Made by a program: the position numbers and the translations under genes. A stretch of 64,000 nt of DNA from the human T2T-CHM13v2.0 reference genome, Homo sapiens. Location: NCBI RefSeq assembly GCF_009914755.1, contig NC_060929.1; one strand, given 5' to 3'. Below, piece after piece: positions 1 through 15,612 of the stretch; within the stretch, counting starts at the first letter, position 1; each line of letters opens with the position of its first letter. A model generated the notes under the pieces. The model did not search any database and was not told the DNA's origin. It saw nothing but the letters and a program-made list of their open reading frames with translations.

Positions 1-145
1 CACACCCAGCTAATTTTTGTATTTTTAATAGAGACAGGGTTTCATCATGTTGGCCAGGCTGGTCTTGAACTTCTGACCTCAAGTGATCCTCCTGCCTCAG
101 CCTCCCCAAATGCTGGTATTACAGGCGTGAGCGACTGCACCCGGC
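1..145 (-). mobile_element. Alu (left-arm portion, cut by window edge)
   Basis: Reverse-complement Alu left arm and linker (gctaatttttgtattttt...gagcgactgcacccggc). Confidence 0.95.
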
Positions 146-216
146 TTAAATTCTTAATCCATTTCTAACAAGAACCTCCACATTTGCATTTTGCACTGGG
201 CCTTGCAAAATAGATA

Positions 217-900
<684 letters not shown>

Positions 901-1297
901 AGATGAAACTCTGTGATAACCAGCACTTTGGCACACTACCAAATCTTCCTCAGTTCTGACATTCTCAGGCCGATGCTCTTATGCCAACCAGCTGTCTCCG
1001 TCTCTCCAGTTTCTAGAAAGCCAAGATGCATTCATGGAGCTCCTAAGAATGGAGAGGTTATATGTCCACAACGCCCCTAGAATTGTGTGCAAAATTGTTT
1101 GCACATTTGCGTGTCCTTATGAGAGGGTTTTTGGGATTCTCATTGGGCTATGCGCCTTCTTCCTTCTCCTCACCCTCAGCCCCTGCAAAAATATAACAGC
1201 CCCTGAAGTAAACAGCCTCTGTGTTGAAATGTGTTTCAGGCAAATATCGAAGCTAAATCAGAAAGAGGCTGTTGGCTGGATATAGGACTAACTGTAG

Positions 1298-1499
1298 CAG
1301 GGGTTGGCAAACTACAGCATGTCATTGTTTTTTATAAATAGAGTTTTATGAGAACATAGCCACTTCCAACCATGGGTGCATTGCTCTGTGGCTGTGTTCA
1401 TGCTACAGCAGAAGAGGTGTGTAATGGCAGCAACAGAGACCTGCAAAGCCTGAAATATTTACTATCTGGCTCTTTACAGAAAATGTTTGCCCACTCCTG
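1298..1499 (+). mobile_element. MER58A-like hAT-Charlie MITE
   Basis: Starts caggggttggcaaactac, ends ...aaatatttactatctggctctttacagaaaatgtttgcccactcctg (terminal inverted repeats). Confidence 0.8.
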
Positions 1500-2738
1500 A
1501 ACTAGACATAGCTAGATAGATGAGAGTTCATGGCTTCCCTCTGAAAACCCCAGGAAATCTCCCCTCTGAATCAGACAACTGGAAGATCTCTGCATGTGTT
1601 CAGAGTTGAAGTCCAGTGGGAATTTAAAACTCCCCCAAAATGATGATAATGTTGGGAACAGCAGCTCACAGTTTCATATAATACTCTCCCATCCACCTAA
1701 ACATGGCAAGAGGTATATGAGGAGCATCTTGTATCATAGGAATCTGTCCGAGCTGGATTTGAGTCCCACCTCAATTCCTGCCTAGCTTGCAAGTATTCTT
1801 TGTTTTGAGCCTCTGTTGATTGGTTTTTAAAATGTAGCGCCTAAGTCAGACCTGGCAGGTTAAAACGTGTAATATGTAGCACAGAGGGGCAGGCACAATC
1901 AATGTGGGCACCTGAGGGGGAACCCTTGAAGGTCACCCTGAAGGTTGGCTGAAGGTGAACATATAAGGTCTGAGTCCCCAACTGAGGCTTCTGCAGTTTT
2001 CTTCTTGCACCTGATTTTTGCCCAGTGGCTTATGTCAAGAGAGCTGGATCTCACCCCAGCTCTGACACCAACTCACTCTGTAGCCTTAGACAAGGTCTTA
2101 GCCACCCACCCCCATCCCAGGCCTGTTTTCTCCTTGGTGTCATGAAGGGTTGATTAGCTAGTTTCTAACACTGTAATATTCTTTGATTCCCACCCTGTGA
2201 TCACAGTGGCTGTTTTTTTTTTTTTTTTTTTTCTGAACTCTCTCCAAGTTTTTCTCATTCCTCAGAAAGAATACCTACTGGTGCCTGGAAAAGGGCCTGG
2301 CCACATTTAAAGGGCATATGACTCCATGGGTCCCCAGGGCTCTGTTCCTGTCCACGATCACAGCAGTGGAGCCAGCGATCTGACTCACAGGGCTGCGCTG
2401 CCCAGACATCAAGGGATTTCAAATTAGAGGATAAGACGCGGGTGCAGTTTAATAGGATGAAAGAATAATGTGGCCTTGTTAGTAATTCAGTAAAACTAAG
2501 CTTTCCTAATGCTTAGGGTGCACTGGCTAATTGGACATCCTAAGTATCTGAGAGCTAAGAGTAGTGGCCAGGAACACAAACATTCTGTCAGGCTGTTCTA
2601 GAGGCATTTCTCTTTCTAGCACTAACTAGTTGTAGGATGTCGGTCTTCATTGAACCTGTTTTCTTAAAAGTAAAAAAGAATAATAGTACCTAACTAATAG
2701 TGTCAGTACAAGAATTAAATTAAAGAACAGAGTAATGA

Positions 2739-3616
<878 letters not shown>

Positions 3617-4795
3617 TTGGGAGTAGCACTGGGAAATGTTTGCTCTTCCTCAATTCTACTGTTCTCCTTTGTCCTCTCTCTTTTCCTCCCTCCTTTCACC
3701 TCGATTCCACTCCTTACCGCCTTTCCTCCAGCTTGCTGTCCTTCGCTTCTAATAACTACCAACTCCTAGAGGCTGCATCGGATTCGTCCTGTGTCTCCAG
3801 TGCCCAGCACATGCTGAAGCAGAAGGTAGGTTTTCTAACTGTCAGAAGGAAATGAAGTGAATGAAAATACTGTTTGTCTCCTCCCTTAGTGACCATTATT
3901 CTCAATGTATCACTCTTTTCCCTGGACCAAGTCAATACCTTCCAGAGAACACTGAACTGAATCAGGCAAATGTCTAAGTCATTACCTGACCATTTGACTT
4001 GCAAAATTTGACACCAGCATTCCCAATTGTGAGCTCATTTTCTTATTAATTTCTTCTTCCTTGACTACAGGAATAATTCCATGTGACAATTATATTAGAA
4101 CTAGCTGTGCTTCAATTAATAGAACTTTCTAATACAGCAGTGTTTCTCCCAGTGGGGTCCTCAGACCAACCTGCTTTCTATTTTCCTGGTGTTTGTCCAC
4201 AGGCACCAGCTCGGAGCAGCTGACTTTCTTCTTTACGTTTCTTTACATTACCATTTCTCCAGGTCATTCTTGTGCCCACTACCTTTGAAATCAACTGACA
4301 TTTAATTTGGAGAACTAATATTGAGCATCTGTTGTACAACAAATCAATACCATTCAACCTCAGACTCAACACAGGCCCGAAGGACTCAATATTTTCAGAA
4401 GACAATTCTTTTAGGATGATGCTTTCTGAATGTGGAACCTTGTTGCTTAAATCCTCTGGGGGTCGGTGGCCTTCCACAAAAGGTCTTAATCCAGGGAACT
4501 TTCTAGAGAGACCTATTGCCATCATCCAAATATCCAGGATCTCCCAAGTCTGGGTGCAGGCTTTTACTAAGCTGGGCTCTATTTCTGAGTCTGCAACCAC
4601 TTCCTCTCTCGGAACCTCAGTAATGTCCTCTGCGAAATGGGCATAAGCGCTTGCGTATGTCTATAAGCTGTCCTTCGTGACCCCTAGAACATAGGTAAGT
4701 ACTTCGTGCCTTTTTTTGAGACAATGGGGAACTTTTGGAACTTTCACAGAAAAGTAACTTGATTATTTCTTTTGCCTTTGACTGAGAGAAGGAAA

Positions 4796-4843
4796 TTTTT
4801 TTTTTTCTTTTTGAGACAGAGTCTCCCTCTGTCACCTGGGCTG
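4796..4843 (-). mobile_element. Extremely 5'-truncated Alu (32 bp of 3' end plus tail)
   Basis: poly-T followed by tgagacagagtctccctctgtcacctgggctg, flanked by TSD tgagagaaggaaatttttt (4783-4801, 4844-4862). Confidence 0.88.
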
Positions 4844-5679
4844 TGAGAGAAGGAAATTTTTTATAAACCCTCAAAAGAGTTGTGGAGACTTAATCCTCAG
4901 CCCAATCCTGGCATCCTTATTCCCTTTACTTATGCCAAGAGAACTGGATATTCTTTCTAAATAGCCACACCCGGGTCTCCTGAGACCACCATACCAACCC
5001 GACTCCATCTGGGTTCGCTCTCATAGTACACTGGGCCTGTTATGCAAATAGACTAATAAAAAATATGTTACCAGAGTTACACAAAACATGAAAATGATGC
5101 TTTTTTAAATATTTCAAGTTTTTGAGAAAATCACATAGATAAGGAATCTCAAAATAGTAGGTAAACTAAGCTATTGTTTGTCTAACCTACCTCCTAAAGA
5201 GCTCTCAAAGCTTTCCCTGGTCTGACGTCTCAAAACTTCCCCTTCCTTCAAGTCTCATCATTTTTCTTCAGGACGATTACTGTATCCCCTCACCCAATCT
5301 CTTCTCTTCTAGCCTCTCTGCATTCTGCCAGAATGCTGCTTCTTAAAAAGAAATTTGATCGCATTACTTTCCTTAAAACCCCCTCAATCTCCCAAGGGCC
5401 TGCAAGGAGCTGTCCCAGCAGGGCAGCAAGATGTCCAGGGTCCTCCCAGCCGGCCCAGGTTGCCCACCTGGCTGCCTTACTCCTGTCTTCTTGCACTGAA
5501 CACTCATGTTCCCCGGGGACTCCCTCCACACACCAGCTCGCCATGCCCGGACACAGGCTGTGCCCCCTACCGGGGATCCTCTTCCCTCGCATCCTTCTAG
5601 GGTCAGGGGTCCACCTGATCCACCTGAAAACCTGCTAGGAAACCCTCCATGCCCTGCTCAACCATCACTGGTTGTTGAC

Positions 5680-6330
5680 AAGGGTCACACACGCTTACTG
5701 TTTCTTGGAAAGGCAATGTGGAAATATCTATCAAAATTGCAGGGCTGGGTGTGGTCACTTATGCCTGTAATCTTAGTGCTCTGGAAGGCCAGGGCAGGAA
5801 GATTGCTTGAGGCCAGTAGTTCCAGGCTAGCCTGGGCACTACAGTGAGACCCCAACTCTACAAAAAAAAAAAAAAAATGTTCATGCATACATATTTCAAT
5901 CCAGCCAAATCTACTTCTGGGAATTTTCTATATGTTTTTATGCACTCCTCACATAAGCGCTCTAAGAAATTATTCATTGAAGCATGATTGGGTACAGCAG
6001 GAAAAAACAACAACAACAACAGGAAATGGCCATTCTGTCTCTATCAATGGAATCTGCTCATGTACAGTTAATTATATTAACAACAATGACGGAGATGAGT
6101 GTAGACCGATAAAAAACCATCCCCAAGTTATAAATTAAGTGAAAGCACGTAATGTGCTGGGGGAGAAGTTTATAGAAGGGATGTCTGTGCTGAGATTTGC
6201 AGGTAGAACCTAGAAGTAGTGCAGGGGCCTCTGGGAGGAAACGTGCAGGATTGGGAGGAAGACTTACTTTTCTTCACCTATTTCAGAACTATTTCCATTT
6301 TTGCCATTTGCATGTTTTACTTATGTTAAA
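5680..6330 (+). mobile_element. Old L1M 3' region with nested Alu monomer
   Basis: ttggaaaggcaatgtggaaatatctatcaaaatt...atctacttctgggaattt is typical of old L1 ORF2 end/3'UTR. Confidence 0.6.
5743..5877 (+). mobile_element. Alu left monomer (FLAM/AluJ-like)
   Basis: Single left arm ending in A16. Confidence 0.85.
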
Positions 6331-6889
6331 GCAATAATGTATAAGCATGTTTTGATAAACCCTGTTGAAGCTTCACTCCTTCTATAAGTCTCTCCTTAAG
6401 GCCTCAGTTGGTGAGTGTTTTACCCTACGAGAACATTGTCTGGGCTCTTTGCCTTCCACTCAGGGGAGGACCCCAGGAGCAGGTTCTAAGAATGCTTCCC
6501 ACCCAGCTGCGGCCCAGAGTGGGTCTCGAGACATGTCATTTGAATGAACTGAGCCCTTGAGCTCTTACCGCGTGCAGAATAAAAGCTCTGGAAGCACATT
6601 CCCTGACCTCGCGTCACTTGCAGACTTGTTGTGGAGAAAAGACTCGGGCACATGGCCCGTTAGGATGCATTGCCAGAAGAAACACCACGACAGGCAAGGT
6701 CCTGGGTTTTGGGAGCAGAGGCAGCGTTGCAGGCCAAGCAAAATACTTGAGATCACCCCAGCAGTGACTTGGACAAGATTCCTCGGCAAATTAGTTAGCA
6801 GTTGCCTTTAGAGGGCCATGGGATGACGTGGGGCTTCTGGAGGCCTTCTCAGCTCTGTAGCTCAATGTGAAACTAACCGCAGTAATTGA

Positions 6890-7110
6890 TGTTCCTGCAC
6901 TTGTCATATATCAGGCAGCACTAGGGATTTACACACAGATCTCGTTTAATCTGCACTACAACTCTAGTCAAGTAAATACCGTTATTATCCTTACTTTAGA
7001 GATGAGGAAACTGCTTAGACCTTATAAAATAGGCTGAGGGTCAGACATACCAAGTGACAGCACTGAGTAAGGAATACAAGGCTGTTTTGCCCTTAAGTGT
7101 CTCCTCCCAA
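6890..7110 (-). mobile_element. MIR
   Basis: MIR core ttattatccttactttagagatgaggaaactg. Confidence 0.65.
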
Positions 7111-7150
7111 CCACTGCTAACACAGAGGGACACGTAAAGATAAAAGTTGG

Positions 7151-7568
<418 letters not shown>

Positions 7569-7720
7569 CTACTCCATGGCCAGGACAGAAGTAAAGGGGA
7601 ATGCAAAACCCATTCACGATTTGCCCTTGCACTTAGGATAATATCAAAACTCAGAACTGAAAGCAACCTGTTCCCTGCTGCTGTGTTAATACTAGGCCGG
7701 GCATTCTTTTCAGTCCATTC

Positions 7721-8025
7721 TTTTTTTTTTTTTTTTTCTGAGACAGAGTCTCACTCTATCACACAGGCTGGAGTGCAGTGACATGATCTCAGCTCACTGC
7801 AACCTCCACCTTCCGGGTTCAAGCAATTCTCTGCCTCAGCCTCCTGAGTAACTGGAATTACAGGCGTCCGACACCACACCCGGCTAATTTCTATATTTTT
7901 AGTAGAGAGTAGAGATGGGGTTTCACCATCTTGGCCAAGCTGGTCTTGAACTCCTGACCTCATGATCCACCTGCCTTGGCCTCCCAAGGTGCTGAGATTA
8001 CAGGCATGAGTCATGGTGCCCAGCC
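7721..8025 (-). mobile_element. AluS
   Basis: Full reverse Alu; flanking repeat ttcagtccattctt. Confidence 0.95.
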
Positions 8026-8080
8026 TTCAGTCCATTCTTAAGCACTACTGAGGGTAAGTAAAGATCACCCAGTTATGTAC

Positions 8081-8753
<673 letters not shown>

Positions 8754-8869
8754 AGTTGGCACTTCCTCACCATGGCCTGTAATGAGTCATGCGTCTTGGT
8801 CGCCACTTATCTTGCTGATTTCTCTTCTCCTTGCTGTCTGAGTTCCAGCCCCAGAGGTCCTTGGTCAAT

Positions 8870-9300
8870 TCTTCCATTGCACCATGCTTCCCCCCACCCC
8901 CGACCGTGCCTTTGCACATGCCATCCCTCCTGCCTGAAATGCTCCCGACCTTCTTTACCTGGTTAGCTCTTACTCTTCCTTCAAATTTCCTTCTTTACCT
9001 GGTTAGCTCTTACTCTTCTTTCAAATGTCTTATCACTTCTAGGAAGCCGTCCTTCTTAGTATTCATGATTAAGCCAAATCTCCCCATGATTTGCTGTTTA
9101 CAGGCATTTATTTTGCCTTTATAGCACTTACCCCACTTGTAATTTTACCTTTGGTTTCTAGTGATTTGACCGTTGTGTCGATTGCTCTGGAATGTAAACT
9201 CCCTGAGGGCAGGCGTTGTGCTTGTTTTGATCACCTAGTCCTTGCACTTCACCTGAAACATAGTAGGTGTTCAGCAGAGAGTTCTTGGATAGATAAAAGC
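8870..9300 (+). mobile_element. L2 3' end
   Basis: gcctttgcacatgcc...gaatgtaaactccctgagggcagg...acatagtaggtgttcag L2 3' hallmarks. Confidence 0.7.
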
Positions 9301-9355
9301 ATGGATGGATGGATGGATGCGTGGATGGATGGATGGATAGATGAATGGATGGATG
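9301..9355 (+). repeat. (GGAT)n microsatellite
   Basis: Imperfect atgg repeats at the L2 tail. Confidence 0.9.
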
Positions 9356-9374
9356 GGAGCAAGATTTCACTTCA

Positions 9375-9677
9375 GGCCAGGCATGGTGGCCCATGCCTAT
9401 AATCCCAGCACTTTGAGAGGCCAAGGCCTGTAGATCAGCTGAGGTCAGGAGTTCGAGACCAGCCTGGCCAACATGGTGAAACCACGTCTCTACTAAAAAT
9501 ACAAAAATTAGCTGGGGGTGGTGGCACGTGCCTGTAATTCCAGCTACTCAGGAGGCTGAGACAGGAGAATCACTTGAACCTGGAAGGCGGAGGTTGCAGG
9601 GAGCCAAGATCACACCACTACACCCCAGCCTGGGCAAAAGAGTGAGTGAGACTCTATCTCAAAAAAAAAAAAAAAAA
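9375..9677 (+). mobile_element. AluS
   Basis: Full Alu; TSD aagatttcacttc. Confidence 0.95.
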
Positions 9678-10125
9678 GATTTCACTTCTACTAATGCCTC
9701 ACAGTTGTGTGTTGGTGTCAGTGTGTGTGTTTTACTTGTTCATAGCTTAGAAAGCAGAATGTGAGGGATGGGGACACCCTCAGCTGCAGGGAGAAGGCAG
9801 GAGTCTAGAGTCCTCCTATGAACTTGGCGCTGGAGCCCTTTCCACACTGAGACACTAAATGTCTCACCCAAGTCCTCTGTCCAGCCTCCCAGTGAGAGTT
9901 GAAAGGGCTCCAGCCCCACATATTTCCTTTCAACGTCAGGCAAATTGGGAAAACCACCAGCTCAATCAAGGAAGATTTAAAAAACCTTTAATATTCTATT
10001 CAATTCAGCAAATATTTACAAGCTTCTCTAAAGCACATCACTGAAACCGGATTTCCACCAAAGGAATCCACACATTGGATTATCTTGGCACAGGATTACC
10101 TAGATTAAATTTTTTTATTTATTAC

Positions 10126-10725
<600 letters not shown>

Positions 10726-10999
10726 CAGTCTCTAGATTTTTAAGATAACCTATCTCTTGAAATCTCAGATAGGGGCTGGAGAGCTTCCTCCCAGAGCACT
10801 GCCCACACACCCAGTTTTAAGGAATGCATAGACAAGTAGGCATCCCTGTTCTTGGAACTGTTAAGGCATATAAGTCACATCAGGACACCCAGCTGTCCTT
10901 TCTTATTGGCTGATGACAGATCTTATGCTCCTACATTTCAAGCTGGGAACATATCCACCATCAATTTTTTAAAAGATAGTATTAAAAAACAGGGAAGTC

Positions 11000-11240
11000 A
11001 TTCATTTTGTTATTTACAACTTTTTCACAGTGTAAATGACAGCTAACGGCTACACAGATTTAAAAAGCACAATTTAATGCATTATCTGTATACCTGTGAA
11101 ACCCTCAATATCAAGATAACAAACATATCCCCCTGCAAAAGTTTCCTCAAGCTTGTCTGTAATCCATCTCTTCCCTTCCCCCCAACCACACACAATCACT
11201 GATCGGCTTTATACCACCATAGATTAGTTTGCATTTTTTA
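11000..11240 (-). mobile_element. Old L1M 3' fragment
   Basis: aatcactgatcggctttataccaccatagattagtttgcatttt, typical of an L1M 3'UTR in antisense. Confidence 0.6.
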
Positions 11241-11270
11241 ATGTGGTAATTTCCATTCTAACTTAGAACA

Positions 11271-11985
11271 TCTCTCCCTCCCTTCCTTCCTTCTTTCCTT
11301 CCTCTCTTCTTTCCTTCTCTCCTTCCTTCCTTCATTCCTTCCTTCTTTCCTTCCTCTCTTCTTTCCTTCCCTCCTTCCTTCCTTCCCTTTCTTCCCTCCT
11401 TCCTTCCTTCCCTCCTTCCCTCCCTCTTTCCTTCCCTCCTTCCTTCCCTCTTTCCTTCCCTCCTTCATTCTTTCCTACATTCCCTCCTTCATTCCTTCCT
11501 TCTTTCTTTCCCTCCTTCCTTCCCTTCCTTCCTTCCCTCCTTCCTTCCCTCCTTCCTTCCCTCCCTCCTTCCCTCCTTCCTTCCCTTCTTCCTTCCCTCC
11601 TTCCTTCTCTCCTTCCTTCCCTCCTTCCTTCCTTCCCTCCTTCCCTCCTTCCTTCCCTTCCTTCCTTCCTTCTTTCCTTCCCTCCTTCATTCCTTCCTTC
11701 CTTCTTTCCTTCCCTCCTTCCTTCCTTCCCTCCTTCCTTCCTTCCTTCCTTCTTTCCTTCCCTCCTTCCTTCCCTCCCTCCTTCCTTCCCTCCTTCCTTC
11801 CTTCCCTCCTTCATTCCTTCCTTCCTTCTTTCCTTCCCTCCTTCCTTCCCTCCTTCCTTCCCTCATTCCTTCCTTCCCTCCTTCCCTCCTTCCTTCCCTC
11901 CTTCCCCCCTTCCTTCCTTCCCTCCCTCCTTCCTTCCCTCCCTCCCTCCTTCCTTCCTTCCTTCCCTCCCTCCTTCCTTCCTTCC
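11271..11985. repeat. ~715-bp polypyrimidine (TTCC/TCCC)n tract
   Basis: Almost pure C/T on the + strand, built from ttcc, cttcc and ccctcc units. Confidence 0.98.
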
Positions 11986-12035
11986 ACTCCATCATGGGCA
12001 ACAGAGCGAGACTCTGTCTCAAAATAAAATAAAAA
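11985..12035 (+). mobile_element. Alu 3'-end fragment
   Basis: cactccatcatgggcaacagagcgagactctgtctc followed by (aaaat)n tail. Confidence 0.85.
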
Positions 12036-12519
12036 TTTAATAGTAACAATCTTTACATTTCATATCAAAAACTCGCTAAGAATTTAGGGAAGGAAGCTTC
12101 TCCTGTAAGTACTCTGGTTAACTGGCAACAGCAATTTGCAAGCAATTTATGGCTCTGTATTTGCATGATGTTCACATGGGAAATAAGGTATTGACTGTTG
12201 ACATACTTCTTGGCGAAGGCTGTTTGAACAACTCATTCTTTTTTAAGAAGTTCTTAGGAGGCTTTGGACCCCAAGGATGTGTCATGACCTGCCAAATGCC
12301 AACCAGATTTGTAACTAGGCTCCTACCAAGCTTAGCTTTCAAAAATATGCATACTACGCATAAACATACTATTTCTCCAGTGTTACCCTCTAGCAAAACG
12401 TCCCTTTGTGCTTCAGAGGAATAAGGAATCCTTCAGCAAAAGATCAGAACCCCAGTTGGGCAGAACCTTTTCTAACTTTGAACCTGTTAGGATAGCAGCA
12501 GTGGCAAGAAATGTCATAA

Positions 12520-12720
12520 CAGCTGTCAGGATTTACCAAGGGCCAGGCATTATGCTAACCTCTTTCACTTGGATTGTCTTGCTAAATCCTAACAATCCTG
12601 GAAGTTAGAAATTCACACTATTCCCATTTTGCAAAAGTGGAAATGGAGGCTCTGTGAGGTTAGGTGACTTGCCTGAGGTCACTTGCTCTGAGTGGAGGAG
12701 GTAGGATTTGGCGCTGGATC
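12520..12720 (-). mobile_element. MIR
   Basis: ccaggcattatgcta...cccattttgc...gaggttaggtgacttgcctgaggtcac. Confidence 0.7.
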
Positions 12721-12784
12721 TATTTGTTGAGATGATAACCTCTAAAGCATCTGCCTTTGGCGGTCAGCAGGTATGCGGCAGGTA

Positions 12785-13172
12785 CTGTCAGTGCCCCACC
12801 CAGTACCCTTGCTGGGTGTCTGCTTCCTTTTCCTAGGGATTGCCTTGGGCTGGGGGTTGCCCTGGGCTGACCAGAGCTGCCTCAGAGTTTCACCACCCAC
12901 CACCCACCCCACTGGCCTTGCACTTTCCCATGGCCAGGACTGACAGCCAGTTCCCTTCCTTTGGGTGGGATAAGCCCTGGAGTCCAATTCCCGCTCCAGA
13001 GTTCCTCCCCGGATCAGGACTCTCTGGAAACCACATTTTAGTTATCTTCTTCCCCTGCCCTATCCTGCTTCCACTGCTGCTTCCCATATTTTCTCGCAGA
13101 ATACTTCCTCAGTAATTTATTTGCACAAGAATCCTTATCCCAGGCTCTGCTTCTAAGGAACAAACCTAAGAC
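12785..13172 (+). mobile_element. LTR16-like ERVL solo LTR
   Basis: ctccagagttcctcc...ccctgccctatcctgcttcc...tgcacaagaatcctt...caggctctgcttct...acctaagaca terminus. Confidence 0.7.
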
Positions 13173-14633
13173 AAAGTTATTCAGGGAAAGGCAGGTTTAC
13201 CATGATGGAACAAAAGGAAGGATAGTCTTCCTGAAGGACCTCTCCCCTCTGGGGCAGTTCAGGGCCCCAGATGCACTGTGGGTGGCATAGGGTTGGTTCA
13301 CAGAGTGCAAGACAGTAGAACCATGACAGGTGTTGGGAGCAGGCACAAGGTCTCAGATCTCAGCTTTTAGAGTAAACAGAGGCTGGCACTCGGCACTCAT
13401 AGCACCTGCCTCAAGAGATGTGATAAGTGTGATGGAAAAGCCTTCTGGCATGGCACAGTCCTCGTACAACTCACTGACTGAATGATAGATGTAGTTGGAG
13501 ATTTCAATAGAGGAAATAATGTTTCCTGCCCCTCACCCCCACCCCCAACCTCAAGAACTGAGCAGAGTATATAAAATCATTACCCTAAGTGCGCCAGAGA
13601 ACGTGGTAGATACTGATTGACTGCTTTGCTCCTAGCCTCTAAATTTGAGCTAATAGGCTTAAATCAGGGAAAGGCTGACATAATCTTTTGAATCCAAATA
13701 GCCTAGAACCTTTTGCTCTGCTGAAAAATGCAGAGGAGGTGGTGTGTTTCTGGGGTTTAACTGGAAGGTCCCAGGAGTTGGGTTTGAGATTTTTTGAGAT
13801 CCTCCTTACAGAGCCTATATGGTCTTCAGGATAGGATAAAGCAGAGCGTGTTCATACTTGCTCACCCAACCAACCCATCTCTACCGTCTCCACTAATTTC
13901 AAACCACTATCAGATAGATCCCTTCCTCTCTATCCTCACCCCAGCATTCCAGTGCATTCAAGCTTGATTCAATGCCATGTCTACATCACAGCTAAAGCTT
14001 CATTCCTTACTCCTCCACGTACTCATTTAACAAACACTTACTGAATTACTGAATGTCTAGTTTTTGCCAACCACTACTCTAGACTCTGGGAAAACAGTGA
14101 GCAAGAGGTAGCCCACAGTCTAGTGAGGGAGCAATGTCCATGTCTGTGCTCTGTGCTTTCCTATTTTTGCACATTCTGTTCCCTCCACCTCTCAATACTT
14201 GTTGCCTTGAAGGCTGACCCACTATATTCACCCTGTAAGTCCCTGCTCGTATATCACTGCGTCCTTCTCAAAACTTCTCTGACCTTCCCCCTGCTGGGTC
14301 AGGTACCCCTTCCCTTAATTTCTAGAGTCCCTTGTTCCTTCCATCTCAGAGCTCCTATTGCAGAACATTGCATTGGTATGTTTACAGAGGGTGAGTTCCT
14401 TGAGGACAGAGATTATGCCATTCATTCATTTAACCCTTCCTTCCTTCTTTGATGAGCCAGATACTGTGTTAAATGCAAGGGGCTGAGCAGCAGTTAATTA
14501 CAGACAAGCTCCCTGTCCCACCTTCATGACACTCTCACTCCAATGGGGGTAGACAGGTGCAAAGTAACTCATTTTAGGATTTCTACACTTTGGCACATGC
14601 AGAATAGTTCCTACACTCATCAAATGTAGAATG

Positions 14634-15612
14634 AAGCCTCCTGGTGCTGCTTGTGTGCTTGTTTGGTACGGACCTGGTACCTCTTTTGTGAAGCGGCAGC
14701 TGAGGAGACTCCGGTGCTCACCATGGCCGACGAAAAGCCCAAGGAAGGAGTCAAGACTGAGAACAACGATCATATTAATTTGAAGGTGGCGGGGCAGGAC
14801 GGTTCTGTGGCACAGTTTAAGATTAAGAGGCATACACCACTTAGTAAACTAATGAAAGCCTATTGTGAATGACAGGGATTGTCAATGAGGCAGATCAGAT
14901 TCTGATTCGACGGGCAACCTATCAATGAAACAGACACACCTGCACAGTTGGAAATGGAGGATGGAGATACAATTGATGCGTTCCAACAGCAGATGGGAGG
15001 TGTCTACTGAAAAGGGAACCTGCTTCTTTACTCCAGAACTCTGTTCTTTAAAGACCAAGATTACATTCGCAATTAGAAAACTGCAACTTGGTTCCACCAC
15101 ATCCTGACTACTACCATATAGTTTTCTCTATTCTTTCACTTCCGCCTTCCCCATTCCTTTATTGTATGTAAAGTAACTGGTATATGTGCACAAGCATATT
15201 GCATTTTTTTTAACTAAACAGCCAATGGTATGTTTTGATTGACATCAAGTGGAGACGGGATGGGGAAAAATACTGATTCTGAGAAAATATCCCCTTCCTC
15301 CATTAGTGGCATGCTCATTCAGCTCTTATCTTTATATTCCAGTAAGTTATTTTGCTCTCACTGTTTTAACAACAACAAAAATATAAAAATCCTTGCATAC
15401 CTTGTTCAACTAGAGAATTTTAATGTTTTTCATTTATCATTGTAAAACCAAGGACAATTGTGTAACTTTTTTGTATGTAGCTGTTGCATGTAGCGCAATC
15501 TGTCTTTAGGTAGGGATAAATTACTCTAAAACAAAAAACAATCCTAGATAGTTTTCCCTTCAAGTCAAGTGTCTTGTTGTTTAAATAAAATTCTTGTTTA
15601 AAATGAAAAGAA
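14634..15612 (+). pseudogene. SUMO2: Processed pseudogene of SUMO2 (5'UTR + CDS + full 3'UTR); symbol given is the parent gene
   Basis: Intronless CDS 14723-15010 reads [93 protein letters not shown]; stops at 14870 and 14903; AATAAA 15584-15589; A-rich remnant; TSD aaatgtagaatg (14622-14633, 15613-15624). Confidence 0.97.

Noticed and set aside
11238-12049. Long KEGR-repeat ORFs (also 43842-44180)
   Set aside because: Products of stop-free simple repeats.
14651-14872. 73-aa ORF as a functional SUMO CDS
   Set aside because: TTG-extended reading of the pseudogene 5'UTR; truncated at codon 50, lacking the C-terminal half and di-Gly.
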